Of a stretch of 64,000 nt of DNA, positions 1 to 9,606 are shown piece by piece. Source of the stretch: a bacterium (GTDB taxonomy: Bacteria; Electryoneota; JAOADG01); assembly GCA_963681965.1 (NCBI GenBank), contig OY820579.1:3360001-3424000 (forward strand), given 5' to 3'. Below the pieces are notes generated by a model, which had not been told where the DNA came from, ran no database searches, and worked only from the letters and a program-made list of their open reading frames with translations. The translations under genes and the position numbers were made by a program. The first letter of the stretch is position 1, and every line of letters begins with the position of its first letter.

Positions 1-1277
1 TTCTCTTCGTCATCACTCTATCCATGCTGATTGTCTTATCGGGATGGGCACAGGATAGTAGCGGGGTTAATTGTTTGAATCGCTTCCAAATTAGATCGCG
101 AAGCGTCAAAGTGAGCGATGATTATGCCTATATAACTGCAGATTCTGTTCTAACTATTTTAAATATTAGAAATATCGATAGTTGTTTCATAACAGGAAGC
201 TGTAATTTACCCGCTGAAATACTTGGATTCGACAAATCTGGTAATAATTTATTCATTGCGACAGATTCTGCTGGGTTAGTCGTACTCGATGTTTCCAATC
301 CCCTCCATCCTTCAATTACAACTTCACTTTCGCAAATTGTGTGCAATGATATCGCCATTCATGGTAATTTTGCTTTTATTGCAACGCTGCAAGGGTATTC
401 AGTGATTAATATTCAAAATCCCGACAGTATTCGTATGATTGATTCACAAATAATCGGATTCGGTGGGTCAAAAATTGCCGTGAATGCCAATAAAGTATAT
501 TTATTGGCACCCAATTTTTATGGTAATAATGATATGGATATTTTCGATATAACCAATCCGATTTCTCCGCGTTTTGTTAGAACACTTATGAGTGGTTACT
601 CATCTGGTTTCACTGCTGTCAATTGCGATAATATTCGAACGTTTGTAGGATCGATGGAAAGATATACTGACAGTCACGGATTTGAGCATAGAACTTACAC
701 TTTTAATATTCTAGACATATCTGAAACAGGTGATGTAGTTGTCGAAGGCAGTTGTAATGTTTCAGGCTCTATTTCTACGATTAAATTAACAAATGAATTC
801 GCACTGATCGTCGATGCGACACAACGATTAACAGTGTTAAATATTTCAAATCACTCTAATCCAGAAGTCATTGGTTACTATGACACTCCAGGAATCCCAA
901 GTGATGTAGCAATTGTGGGTAATGTCGCATTCGTCGCTGAAGAAAATCAATTAGCTATCTATGATTGTTCCCAAATACTCAGTGTCGAGAAACGCTTCAG
1001 CGAAACGAACCCAATTTCTTTCGCATTTCTGCCGAATTATCCCAACCCCTTCAATGCCACAACAACCATCAAGTATGCGATTGCACAGACCGGGAAAGTG
1101 TCGCTGAAGGTCTTTGATTTGACTGGCAGGGAAGTCACGTCGCTGGTCGATTTCCGGCAGGATCCCGGCGAGTACTCCGTCAAATTCGACGGTAGTCGTC
1201 TGGCAGCAGGGACATATTTTGTGCGATTGCAGGCGGGTGCGTTTAGTAAGACGCAGAAGATTGTGCTGTTAAAGTAG
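1..1277 (+). CDS. LVIVD-repeat beta-propeller protein with C-terminal T9SS type-A-like sorting domain (start probably upstream of window)
   Basis: Repeats such as GLVVLDVSNP, MDIFDITNP, LTVLNISNHSNP; C-terminus NYPNPFNATT...GTYFVRL...KIVLLK. Frame is open from nt 3 (LFVITLSMLIVLSGWAQ, signal-peptide-like). Confidence 0.85.
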   Translation, partial: LFVITLSMLIVLSGWAQDSSGVNCLNRFQIRSRSVKVSDDYAYITADSVLTILNIRNIDSCFITGSCNLPAEILGFDKSGNNLFIATDSAGLVVLDVSNPLHPSITTSLSQIVCNDIAIHGNFAFIATLQGYSVINIQNPDSIRMIDSQIIGFGGSKIAVNANKVYLLAPNFYGNNDMDIFDITNPISPRFVRTLMSGYSSGFTAVNCDNIRTFVGSMERYTDSHGFEHRTYTFNILDISETGDVVVEGSCNVSGSISTIKLTNEFALIVDATQRLTVLNISNHSNPEVIGYYDTPGIPSDVAIVGNVAFVAEENQLAIYDCSQILSVEKRFSETNPISFAFLPNYPNPFNATTTIKYAIAQTGKVSLKVFDLTGREVTSLVDFRQDPGEYSVKFDGSRLAAGTYFVRLQAGAFSKTQKIVLLK

Positions 1278-1965
1278 GGGCGACCCACTGCGGTCGCCCA
1301 CATTATTTTGGGTAGGGGCGGACTCCCGTGTCCGCCAGCATTATTTTATGGTAGGGGCGGTTCGCGAACCGCCCGTATCGCCTGAAGGTTGCACAAATTT
1401 TTATTATATGCACGGGATATAACAGCATTATTTTAATTGTGAATCCGATTACGATCGTTTATCTAGATCAGACACGGGCGGTTCGCGAACCGCCCGTGTC
1501 TATTCAAGATGCACAAACCGAAAATGAGGAGATTACCTTCGGTGAGCCCTTCGGAGTTGCTTCGTCATTCCACTTCGGAAGTGCTTCGCACGTTCCTACG
1601 TTCGTTCCTCGCAAAGACAAAATCAGGATACAAGATACCTGAAGATTGCTTCGTCACTTCGCTACGGCTATCCGCCTACGGCGGATGATCCTTCGCTGCG
1701 CTCCTCGCAAAGACAAAATCAGGACACAAGATACAAGAGTAGATTGCCACAACCGCCGATGGCGGCTTCGCAACGACAAATCAAGATACAAGATTCAAGA
1801 ACAGGTTGCCACAGCCGCCGATGGCGGCTTCGCAACGACAAATCAGGATACAGGAAACAAGATTCAAGAAAAAAGATATAAGAGCGGGCGGGCGTGGGAG
1901 CCCGCCCCTACCGAAGAAGATGAAAAATATACAAGAGCGGGCGGGCGTGGGATCCCGCCCCTACT
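1274..1965. repeat. Cluster of REP-like palindromic repeats of two families
   Basis: GTAGGGGCG..CGCCC hairpins at 1274, 1312, 1351 (+) and inverted copies at ~1885-1911 and ~1939-1965; perfect 32-bp palindrome at 1470-1501; four (A/G)TTGC...TCGCAA(A/C)GACA hairpins at ~1555-1840 separated by AAATCA(G/A)GATACAAG-like spacers. Confidence 0.8.
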
Positions 1966-2188
1966 AGAATACAAAATGCGGGAGCGCGCACCGATGTGAA
2001 AGATTGCGATTGAATCGCATGCATTAATGCTGTAACGAGCAATATAATCCACGAATTCAAATCTGGTTACAACCGTTATTTTAAATTCTCATAATAAATT
2101 CGTGATTATTTTGTTAACTGCCTATCAAAGCGTATGTTTTAATTAATCAATTGCATCATCTGCTTTCCTCAACCAATCAGGGTGACAT

Positions 2189-4723
2189 ATGAAAACTATT
2201 CCGGTCGTCATCGCTTTCATTCTCGCACTGCTGCTCGCATCTTCCGTTCTGGCACAAATTCCGACACTGACCACTACGGTTCCCCTCGATGTGTACGGAA
2301 CGTCCTGTACATCAATCGTGTCTTCCTATCCACCAATGCTGAACGGATATGTCTGGCGAGGCACACTGGCGGGACGCATCGCCCTGAATGGTGCCACAGT
2401 GAGTTCGGTATCGTTCCAACACGGACCCACTACCAGCTATGGGCAGGAGATCGTTACAACGGCTTACGGAACTGCAACCAACGGCGATCGTGTTTACGGT
2501 GCAGATATCCAAGTTGCCGGTTTCTCGCTCTATTATCACTATCGTCTAAAGGTAGTTACCGAGACCGGAACCTACTACGGAAACGATCTCACCTTCGTGC
2601 CGATCTACCCGGTCTGTGCCGGTTTCACCATAGAACGTCCGTGCAGCGATAGTCCAACGATGGCTGTTTACAGCACGGTCAATCGATCCCCGTACACTAT
2701 CACTGCCCAATTCCAGAGTAACGCGATCCAAAACGAAATTATTTGTCTACCCGGTAGTATAAACGAAGTTTATGGCTACAAATACGCGGTTGCGAGTTTT
2801 CAATTTACGGTGCTAAGTGAAACCTATTTGCTGCAATACTTAAGCAACAATCAAAGCTGTATGGAAGACCCCAACCAGGCGAATAACGTCTTTATCAACC
2901 CGCTGGGTCGGACATACTGGAATGAAAATGGCGAAAACCGTAATATCGCAATTTTTGAAATTTATAATCGGAATACGATTGACATGCCACTGCAAATTCT
3001 ATCCGCAACGAGTCTATATTCGGTTACCGTTCCATCCATGTCTCGCGTAATAGTTTTTACTGAAGATATGGCCGAACTTTCCTTTAATGGCGAAACATTT
3101 ATCGCTGCGAATGTTTCGACAATGCCTTGGCCGGGCATTGCAACCGTTACCGCCGTCGCCGGCAATTCGACTTCGAATTCGGCAACCTTTACCATCAGCA
3201 ACAACGACGCGGTAGCACATGACGTCAAGTTGGCCAATACCACGGGACTGTCGCACAGCTATTCACTGGCGGCGTATGCATCGCAAACGGTAACAATCGA
3301 ACGCTCGAACTGGAACCTCAAATTGCTACTTCCCAATTCGATCGAGATTGGATCGGTCGATAATTATCTCACTGTCGGGACGGTAGCACCGGGTCCGAGC
3401 ACAGGAATTTCCGTTTCACCAGATTTGCTGACGGTACCCTGCAATAGCTCGACCCGCACTCTTAGTGTATCGAATCCCGGATCCTGGACGGCTACCAGCA
3501 ATCAAACCTGGGCGACAATCAGTGCCGGTTCGGGAAGTGGTAATGCAAGCATGACAGTCAATTTTGCCACGAACAATTCCTCATCTCGCACTGCAATGAT
3601 CTTGTTTGTCGGCGGTGACAACTCCCGCGATTCAGTATTAATCACACAGGAACCGTTGGTTGCCAATGCGCTCAATTTCGACGGTGTCGACGATTATATC
3701 AGTGGTGCGACCAACTGCGACACAACGTTGGCAAACGGGTACACGATCGAAGCGTGGGTTAATCGCGACGGTATCACCACTCCCGCTGCTATTCAATTCA
3801 TCTCCGCGAAGGGTATGGAACAGTTGGAAATCCATCTGAATTATCCCTCGAATAATTTCCGGTTCATTCCTACCACCAGAGTCTATATCGATGCCACTTG
3901 TTCTTTGCCGCTGAATGAGTGGGTACATATTGCCTGCAGTTATAATCCGATCACTGCGGAAGCACATTGTTACGTGAATGCGGTTGAAGTTCCTTCGACG
4001 AACAATGGCAGTAATCCGTTGACCACGTCAGTGAACCGTTCGGGTGCTCCACTTACCCTGGGGAAGCGAACATACGGTGGCTACCAGTTCAAAGGGAGCA
4101 TCGATGAATACCGGCTCTGGTCAGGGATTCGTACGCGCGAACAGATTTCAGCAAACATGAATACCCATCTCATTCCCGCTACCAATCCGACATTAGTATG
4201 TAGTTACAGTTTCGATCAAGGTGACGGGGGTGGTCCGAATAGCGGCAGAACGTCAGTATTTGATGCGACCATCAATAATTATGAACTGATGTTGAATAAT
4301 TTTGCGCTTACCGGAGCTACGTCGAATTGGGTTACCAGCGAAGCGCAGAGCGGGAACAATACCGATCCATTGGCGCCGGCAAGCCTGTCGGCAGCAGTCA
4401 CGGGTTATAATGTGAACCTCAACTGGTTGCGCGTGAATATGGATACCTACGGCAATCCGGTGACAGTCACCAATTATCTGATCTATTTCCGGAACAGCAA
4501 TACAATTCCGTGGCAATTTCTCGCTTATACGAGTGGCGCGGATGCGACCAGTTATGCACATAACGGGGTGGTCCGATTCAGTCCGAGCATGTATTATCAT
4601 GTCACCGCCTTCTCCGGCAGTGGTTTAAGCAGCTCGACCGATGCATTGCGTGCTCTGCGACCGGGAATGACCAAGATGCAGGTGGAACGGCAGCTCTACG
4701 GCAGGTTCCATACAACGAAATAA
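2189..4723 (+). CDS. Secreted protein with BACON-like and LamG-like jellyroll domains and a C-terminal Fn3-like domain
   Basis: Signal peptide MKTIPVV..SVLA; BACON-like WTATSNQTWATIS..GSGNA; LamG ALNFDGVDDYI..YTIEAWV..WVHIACSY..FKGSIDEYRLW. Confidence 0.75.
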   Translation: MKTIPVVIAFILALLLASSVLAQIPTLTTTVPLDVYGTSCTSIVSSYPPMLNGYVWRGTLAGRIALNGATVSSVSFQHGPTTSYGQEIVTTAYGTATNGDRVYGADIQVAGFSLYYHYRLKVVTETGTYYGNDLTFVPIYPVCAGFTIERPCSDSPTMAVYSTVNRSPYTITAQFQSNAIQNEIICLPGSINEVYGYKYAVASFQFTVLSETYLLQYLSNNQSCMEDPNQANNVFINPLGRTYWNENGENRNIAIFEIYNRNTIDMPLQILSATSLYSVTVPSMSRVIVFTEDMAELSFNGETFIAANVSTMPWPGIATVTAVAGNSTSNSATFTISNNDAVAHDVKLANTTGLSHSYSLAAYASQTVTIERSNWNLKLLLPNSIEIGSVDNYLTVGTVAPGPSTGISVSPDLLTVPCNSSTRTLSVSNPGSWTATSNQTWATISAGSGSGNASMTVNFATNNSSSRTAMILFVGGDNSRDSVLITQEPLVANALNFDGVDDYISGATNCDTTLANGYTIEAWVNRDGITTPAAIQFISAKGMEQLEIHLNYPSNNFRFIPTTRVYIDATCSLPLNEWVHIACSYNPITAEAHCYVNAVEVPSTNNGSNPLTTSVNRSGAPLTLGKRTYGGYQFKGSIDEYRLWSGIRTREQISANMNTHLIPATNPTLVCSYSFDQGDGGGPNSGRTSVFDATINNYELMLNNFALTGATSNWVTSEAQSGNNTDPLAPASLSAAVTGYNVNLNWLRVNMDTYGNPVTVTNYLIYFRNSNTIPWQFLAYTSGADATSYAHNGVVRFSPSMYYHVTAFSGSGLSSSTDALRALRPGMTKMQVERQLYGRFHTTK

Positions 4724-4821
4724 TTTTTCAATGATAGTGTCTATTTATTTCTAATTGTTGTTGTTTCAGTGTAATGTTTCGCCTGATCTCGGGCTAACTA
4801 CAGGATAGAAAATACAAGATT

Positions 4822-4890
4822 CGGGCGACCGCGGAGGGTCGCCCCTACTACAAGACACAAGAACGGGCGGACACGGGGGTCCGCCCCTAC
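4822..4890 (-). repeat. Two GTAG-type REP palindromes
   Basis: gggcgaccgcggagggtcgcccctac and gggcggacacgggggtccgcccctac are reverse-complement relatives of the repeats at 1274 and 1312. Confidence 0.8.
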
Positions 4891-4990
4891 TTTCGATTTC
4901 AACCTTTACATGAGAACCACGACTTTATGCAATGGGCGGCAAGATTGCCGCCCTTTCGATGTAAAACGGTCTTCGAATCGTATATTGTAC

Positions 4991-5671
4991 ATGATGACTA
5001 CACCGGCACAATTGCGGATCGACCCGCTCCCCATCCCCTACCCTGACGCGTATCGCGAGCAGCAACGGTTGGTTGCGCTTCGTCAGCAGCAAGAGATTCC
5101 CGATACGTTCTGGCTGCTGGAACACCCTCCTGTGTATACATTTGGTCGCAGCGCCGGGACCGATGCCGAGGCACTGGAGAATCTGCGCTGGAACGAACAG
5201 CAGCGGATTGCGGCTGGGATTGAGTTGTTCGAGACCGATCGCGGCGGCGACATCACCTATCATGGACCCGGTCAGATTGTTGGCTACGGCATCGTCGATC
5301 TGCAACCGCGCGGAAACGACATTCACCGCTATCTCCGCGATCTGGAAGAGGTCATTATCCTGTCACTGGCGGCGTTCGATCTGCACGGCGAGCGCGTAGC
5401 GGGTCGGACAGGCGTCTGGGTGCGTGGTGCAAAGGTGTGTGCGATGGGAATTCGCATCTCGCGCTGGGTGACGATGCATGGCTTTGCGCTGAATGTGCAT
5501 CCGAATCTTGCGCATTTTACCGGGATCGTGCCGTGCGGGATCGGCGATGCACCGGTGACTTCGCTCTCGCTACTTTTGCAACGTGAAGTAACACTGGATG
5601 AGGTAAAGCCCGTATTGATCCGCTCACTCGCCGAAATATTCGAATGGGATTTCGTTCACAAACCCACCTAA
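4991..5671 (+). CDS. lipB: Lipoyl(octanoyl) transferase LipB
   Basis: WLLEHPPVYTFG, DRGGDITYHGPGQIVGY, KVCAMG..WVTMHGFALNV, IVPCG. Start moved to ATG 4991 because the upstream extension is non-LipB-like and runs through a palindrome. Confidence 0.95.
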   Translation: MMTTPAQLRIDPLPIPYPDAYREQQRLVALRQQQEIPDTFWLLEHPPVYTFGRSAGTDAEALENLRWNEQQRIAAGIELFETDRGGDITYHGPGQIVGYGIVDLQPRGNDIHRYLRDLEEVIILSLAAFDLHGERVAGRTGVWVRGAKVCAMGIRISRWVTMHGFALNVHPNLAHFTGIVPCGIGDAPVTSLSLLLQREVTLDEVKPVLIRSLAEIFEWDFVHKPT

Positions 5672-5781
5672 ATTTCTTCATTAAAAAAATTCTTCGCCAT
5701 TTCCATCCAGCAAAATTGGGTATATTATACCTACCTCAATGGTATTCAGTTCTCATTCATAATCACTGGAGCGAAACCAGT

Positions 5782-7311
5782 ATGTCCACGAAAAATATCA
5801 TTGTTCATTCCCCGGAAAACTGCGATCACTGCGGTGTGTGTGTGTCGGTTTGTCCCGAAATAGTTTACCGTCAGTCCGATCCGAAAGCAGCCCTCGAAAT
5901 CGCTCATCCCGATCGTTGTTTCGGGTGTATGGCGTGTGAAGAAGATTGCAAGCAGGGAGCTCTTCAAATCTACCGGCTGCCGGATACGATGTCGATGAGT
6001 GACCTTCCAGCGCCGGGTGCTGAGTTGGTGCCCGACCAATGTTACGAGCTCGTTATCGTCGGTGCCGGTCCAGCCGGACTGGGTGCGGCAATTCGCGGAC
6101 GGATGCTCGGTCTGACAGTGGCGGTTCTGGAACGATTACCCTCGGCGAAACGCGCACATCATCCCGATGGCGGCGTGCTCTTTTCACCGAAGGATGTCTA
6201 CACCATGACGGTCTCCGATGCCGGTTTCCGGTTGGAAGAACTCGCAATCGATTTCCCCCGCTCGATCATTCACGAAACCTTGTACGATTTCATGTTCATG
6301 GGTCCGGAAGGGCAGCGAACAGCACCGCGCACCACGAAATGGGACGGGTTCATCGTCGTCGATAAACACGGTTATTGCGAAACCATGGCACAGAAAGCAC
6401 TACAACTAGGTGCGACGATTGCCTACAATACCCGGGTGAAAGCGATATCCCAACCCAATCCCGACGGCACGCGCACGGTAACGATGGCGAACGGTTTGAG
6501 TGTACAAGGTAAAGTTGTTATTTCGGCGGAAGGGATTTCCGGTCAGTTGACACATGAAGCCGGTTTGAAAGTGAATGCGGAGAAAATCGGTTGGGGATTT
6601 GCACCGTATGCCAGTTTTCCAGCGTTAGCAAAACCAAACCTGACAGCGGGATTTATGGTCGGACCGGGACCCGGTAAAACACCCGATCATCCGATACCCT
6701 ATTTGTCTTATCTCTCCAGTGGTCCCCATGCCACCCATTTCGCCACAGGACCGATGCAACAGTCCAAGGTGCGACAACCGACAGAACCGTCCTCGGTTAT
6801 TCTTAAACGGCTAGTGGAAAGCGACCGGCGGGTTGTTGCAGTATTCGGCGATAAACCCGATCTCGCGAATGTGGAAATCGACGGGTGTCGGGCGCTGGTT
6901 CGGAAATTACCGAAACGCTTGGTGGCAGACAGTCTGATTGGTGTCGGGGATGCGATCACCACGTGCGGGATGATCACGAATGTGATGGCTGTGAAAACCG
7001 GCGATCTGGCGGCACAAGCGGCGCACAAGGCGATTGCCGGGGGAGATGTGTCGGCGGCGGGATTGCAGTCGTATGAAACAGCGATCTGGAAACTTCAGAT
7101 GTACAAAGGGATGTCGTGGATGAACAAACTGCTGTTTGAAGCCCCGTTGCAGCTTCCGGAACGTGAATTGAACGACATCTACAACGCGATGAAGCCGCTG
7201 CAACTGGGTCGAATGCAGGCGGGTGAGTTGATGCCGTTGCTCACATTCTATTTGGGTTTACTACCGAAAATGATCATGAATAAATCGTTCCGGTATTATT
7301 TCACTCCGTGA
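5782..7311 (+). CDS. Geranylgeranyl-reductase/FixC-family FAD oxidoreductase with N-terminal 2x[4Fe-4S] ferredoxin domain
   Basis: CDHCGVCVSVCP and CFGCMACEEDC; Rossmann IVGAGPAG; VVISAEG; IGVGDA; GGAG RBS before ATG 5782. Confidence 0.75.
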   Translation: MSTKNIIVHSPENCDHCGVCVSVCPEIVYRQSDPKAALEIAHPDRCFGCMACEEDCKQGALQIYRLPDTMSMSDLPAPGAELVPDQCYELVIVGAGPAGLGAAIRGRMLGLTVAVLERLPSAKRAHHPDGGVLFSPKDVYTMTVSDAGFRLEELAIDFPRSIIHETLYDFMFMGPEGQRTAPRTTKWDGFIVVDKHGYCETMAQKALQLGATIAYNTRVKAISQPNPDGTRTVTMANGLSVQGKVVISAEGISGQLTHEAGLKVNAEKIGWGFAPYASFPALAKPNLTAGFMVGPGPGKTPDHPIPYLSYLSSGPHATHFATGPMQQSKVRQPTEPSSVILKRLVESDRRVVAVFGDKPDLANVEIDGCRALVRKLPKRLVADSLIGVGDAITTCGMITNVMAVKTGDLAAQAAHKAIAGGDVSAAGLQSYETAIWKLQMYKGMSWMNKLLFEAPLQLPERELNDIYNAMKPLQLGRMQAGELMPLLTFYLGLLPKMIMNKSFRYYFTP

Positions 7312-7378
7312 TTGATTTTTAAGGGTAAGTAGCGATTAATTGGGGTGATTGACCCTCCTTTTAACGACTTCCGGCACC

Positions 7379-7407
7379 TTGACAATAGATGTTAAAGCGA
7401 GTACATT
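7379..7407 (+). promoter_or_regulatory. Sigma70-type promoter for tRNA-Thr
   Basis: TTGACA-N17-TACATT, about 60 nt upstream of the tRNA. Confidence 0.65.
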
Positions 7408-7468
7408 GGGTATCGCAAACCGACGGGTGCTGGTTTCGTCGGTATGCCTAAATTTTGCATGTGTTTTC

Positions 7469-7541
7469 GCCACCTTAGCTCAGTTGGTAGAGCAGCTGAT
7501 TCGTAATCAGCAGGTCTGCGGTTCGAGTCCGCAAGGTGGCT
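7469..7541 (+). tRNA. tRNA-Thr(CGT), CCA not encoded
   Basis: Acceptor stem GCCACCT/AGGTGGC, D-arm TAGCTCAGTTGGTAGAGC, anticodon arm GCTGA-TTCGTAA-TCAGC, T-arm GGTTCGAGTCC. Confidence 0.95.
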
Positions 7542-7626
7542 CTAGTTGGGGATTAGGTGGTGGGTGTTGGGGAAAGATAGTAGTTGGTGATTGGTGATTG
7601 GTGCTTAGTTATAAGATGAAGATTTT

Positions 7627-7652
7627 GCGCGACTCGATGGGTCGCGTTTTTC
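7627..7652. terminator. Intrinsic terminator after tRNA-Thr (possibly bidirectional)
   Basis: gcgcgactc-gat-gggtcgcgt followed by a T-run; a convergent gene ends at 7672. Confidence 0.65.
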
Positions 7653-7671
7653 ATTGATTGAAGTTGACCTC

Positions 7672-8655
7672 CTATCGAATTCGTTCGGGGTAAACGATGT
7701 TTAGCGCAGATGTCTGAATTCGAGCAAAATCTTTAATAAACTTCTCTCGAATTTGTGATCTTTGAAAGAATTTATAGCCTCGAACCGTATCGATATCCGC
7801 TGCGATGATTTGTTGATCAAATATCCATATCTCGGAAATACATGTTTTGGCAAGATTCACCAGCGAGTCTTTATTCACAGTCGGAAATGGTTTAAATCGC
7901 TCCCATCGCAAAGTATCGGTCACGAATGAATCGAAAGCACTCAGAACAGGCGGTTCGAACAGCAACAACCATTTGCGAATTAAGGAATCTTGACTTGGAG
8001 TATAGATCGTGGGAATTTGAGTGTAATCGATTAGATGAAGTGAGCGATACAAGCCGTAACAATCTAAATAAAACGGTTTCGGATAGTTCACAGAATCGAC
8101 ACCAAATTCTCTAATCAATTCAGAGTGCCTTCGATTAAACTCACGCTGCCAAAGAACTGAATCTGGATAAATCAGCGAATCCTGAATTGAAGTTTGCAAT
8201 ACATTGAAATCGCGAAATTTTGCAATCGTATCCTCTCGAGCATAAAAGTAAATATCGCTGCAAAGCGGTAATCTGGTTACTAATTGAGGATCACTAACAT
8301 TATACATATCAAATTCTGTAGAAATGTGATAGATACCAGGCTGATTAATTTGAATTTCCAAATCTAATGAATCCAAATGTTTGCCGTTCATAGATCCTCG
8401 CCAAATGGTATTTCCGCTTAATAGAGTTAAATTTTCAGGTAGAGTAACCTTGATTTGACAAGAATCGGCGTGAATAGAATATCCATACTCGACATATAGA
8501 TGAAAGGGAGTGGCAAAGTGAAGCGGGTAGGATGTATACAAAGCTGTCCCATAACTCATCTTGAGACTCGCATAACAATTCTTGTTCACTGTGAATACAC
8601 CAGTAATTACGGTGAACAAAAACGTTAATAAAAAAAAAGGTATCTTCCCTCGCAT
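7672..8655 (-). CDS. Hypothetical secreted/membrane-anchored protein
   Basis: 327-aa ORF, AGGAGG RBS, hydrophobic N-terminus; no family recognised. Confidence 0.65.
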   Translation of the reverse strand: MRGKIPFFLLTFLFTVITGVFTVNKNCYASLKMSYGTALYTSYPLHFATPFHLYVEYGYSIHADSCQIKVTLPENLTLLSGNTIWRGSMNGKHLDSLDLEIQINQPGIYHISTEFDMYNVSDPQLVTRLPLCSDIYFYAREDTIAKFRDFNVLQTSIQDSLIYPDSVLWQREFNRRHSELIREFGVDSVNYPKPFYLDCYGLYRSLHLIDYTQIPTIYTPSQDSLIRKWLLLFEPPVLSAFDSFVTDTLRWERFKPFPTVNKDSLVNLAKTCISEIWIFDQQIIAADIDTVRGYKFFQRSQIREKFIKDFARIQTSALNIVYPERIR

Positions 8656-8861
8656 ATTACCTCCTAAATAATTGATCTAGTTTATAAAATATTGCTTGAT
8701 GATTGTGTCGCATGTGTAAACATTATCATACGATACTAAGCATCTGAAAATCTACTAAATAATGAATAATATATCTTCACACATGCGACACTACTTCTTA
8801 GCAAAGGTCTAAATCATATCAAAATGCGCGCATATCGCATTTCGACAAATCAACTACCAGA

Positions 8862-9041
8862 CTACTTCAGCAACACAGCTTTCTTTGTTGCAACAAATTC
8901 CGGTGACTTCATCGTAATGAAGTAGATACCGGTGCTGACTTTCATTCCGCTGGAATTATTGCCATCCCAGGTGATGCGATAGCTGCCGGTAGTATAGTCT
9001 TTATCGGCGAGCGTCTTCACCAACCGACCCAATGCATCGTA
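8862..9041 (-). pseudogene. Orphan 3' fragment of a T9SS-CTD (FlgD-Ig-like) gene
   Basis: VYDALGRLVKTL...WDGNNSSGMKVSTGIYF...KKAVLLK* with no upstream gene body; abuts an IS630 fragment. Confidence 0.8.
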
Positions 9042-9303
9042 TACCGATACCACTAGCATTCCGAAGTTGAATCAAGCGTTGAAACGACCGCAAGTCAACT
9101 GATAGAGCTTTGCAAACCTGATCCTTGGAAAATCCCAACAAGAGCATTTTGATGCCTTGAAAACGACAGTGCTCGTCGTGATCGACCGAACTTCGAAGGG
9201 TCTCCTCGATGTCGTCCAAAGTACCATTCGCAGGATTAGGAGATAAAGGTCGCATGAAATAAAGATAAGAAACAATGCGACACTATTTATGAGAAGCGGT
9301 ATA
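9040..9303 (-). mobile_element. Truncated IS630-family element (5' end with TIR)
   Basis: MRPLSPNPANGTLDDIEETLR.. matches the transposase at 46922-47926; TIR ...GAGAAGCGGTATA at ~9272-9303. Confidence 0.9.
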
Positions 9304-9493
9304 ATGGTAATTGCGTTAAGAGCCACATTGTCTCAGTTAGACATTTATCGCGAGCAGCGTTATCGAATTTATGTTCGATTGCAGAAATCGATGCCTGAGC
9401 AATTTGAGGGGAATCTGCCCCACAATCGAGCAAATTCTTTACTTCAGTCCATTTGCGGGTGTTTGGAAGTTTGCCTAATCTTAAATGTCCCAT
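9302..9493 (-). pseudogene. 5' fragment of an uncharacterised gene (MGHLRLGKLPNTRKW...) cut by IS630 at a TA
   Basis: Protein-like helical N-terminus runs directly into the IS630 TIR. Confidence 0.55.
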
Positions 9494-9553
9494 CAATTCA
9501 CCCAACCTTTACTAGATGAATAATCAAGAACTAATGATATAGGACTAAGAGTG

Positions 9554-9587
9554 AAGCAACCGCCCCACCTTGCGGCAGGGCGGTTTT
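9554..9587 (-). terminator. Terminator-like hairpin after T9SS gene; 31 bp identical to 16438-16468
   Basis: aaccgccc-caccttgcggca-gggcggtt, about 20 nt downstream of the stop at 9607. Confidence 0.7.
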
Positions 9588-9606
9588 AATAAGAGCAACA
9601 ATAAAT

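Noticed and set aside
1550-1965. CRISPR array
   Set aside because: Repeats are heterogeneous, spacers resemble each other, and no cas genes are present; fits REP-like repeats.
1439-2052. Short ORFs (67-117 aa) over the repeat cluster
   Set aside because: Translations of palindromic repeats with no protein-like signal.
7349-7597. 82-aa ORF
   Set aside because: Overlaps the tRNA-Thr gene and its promoter; spurious.
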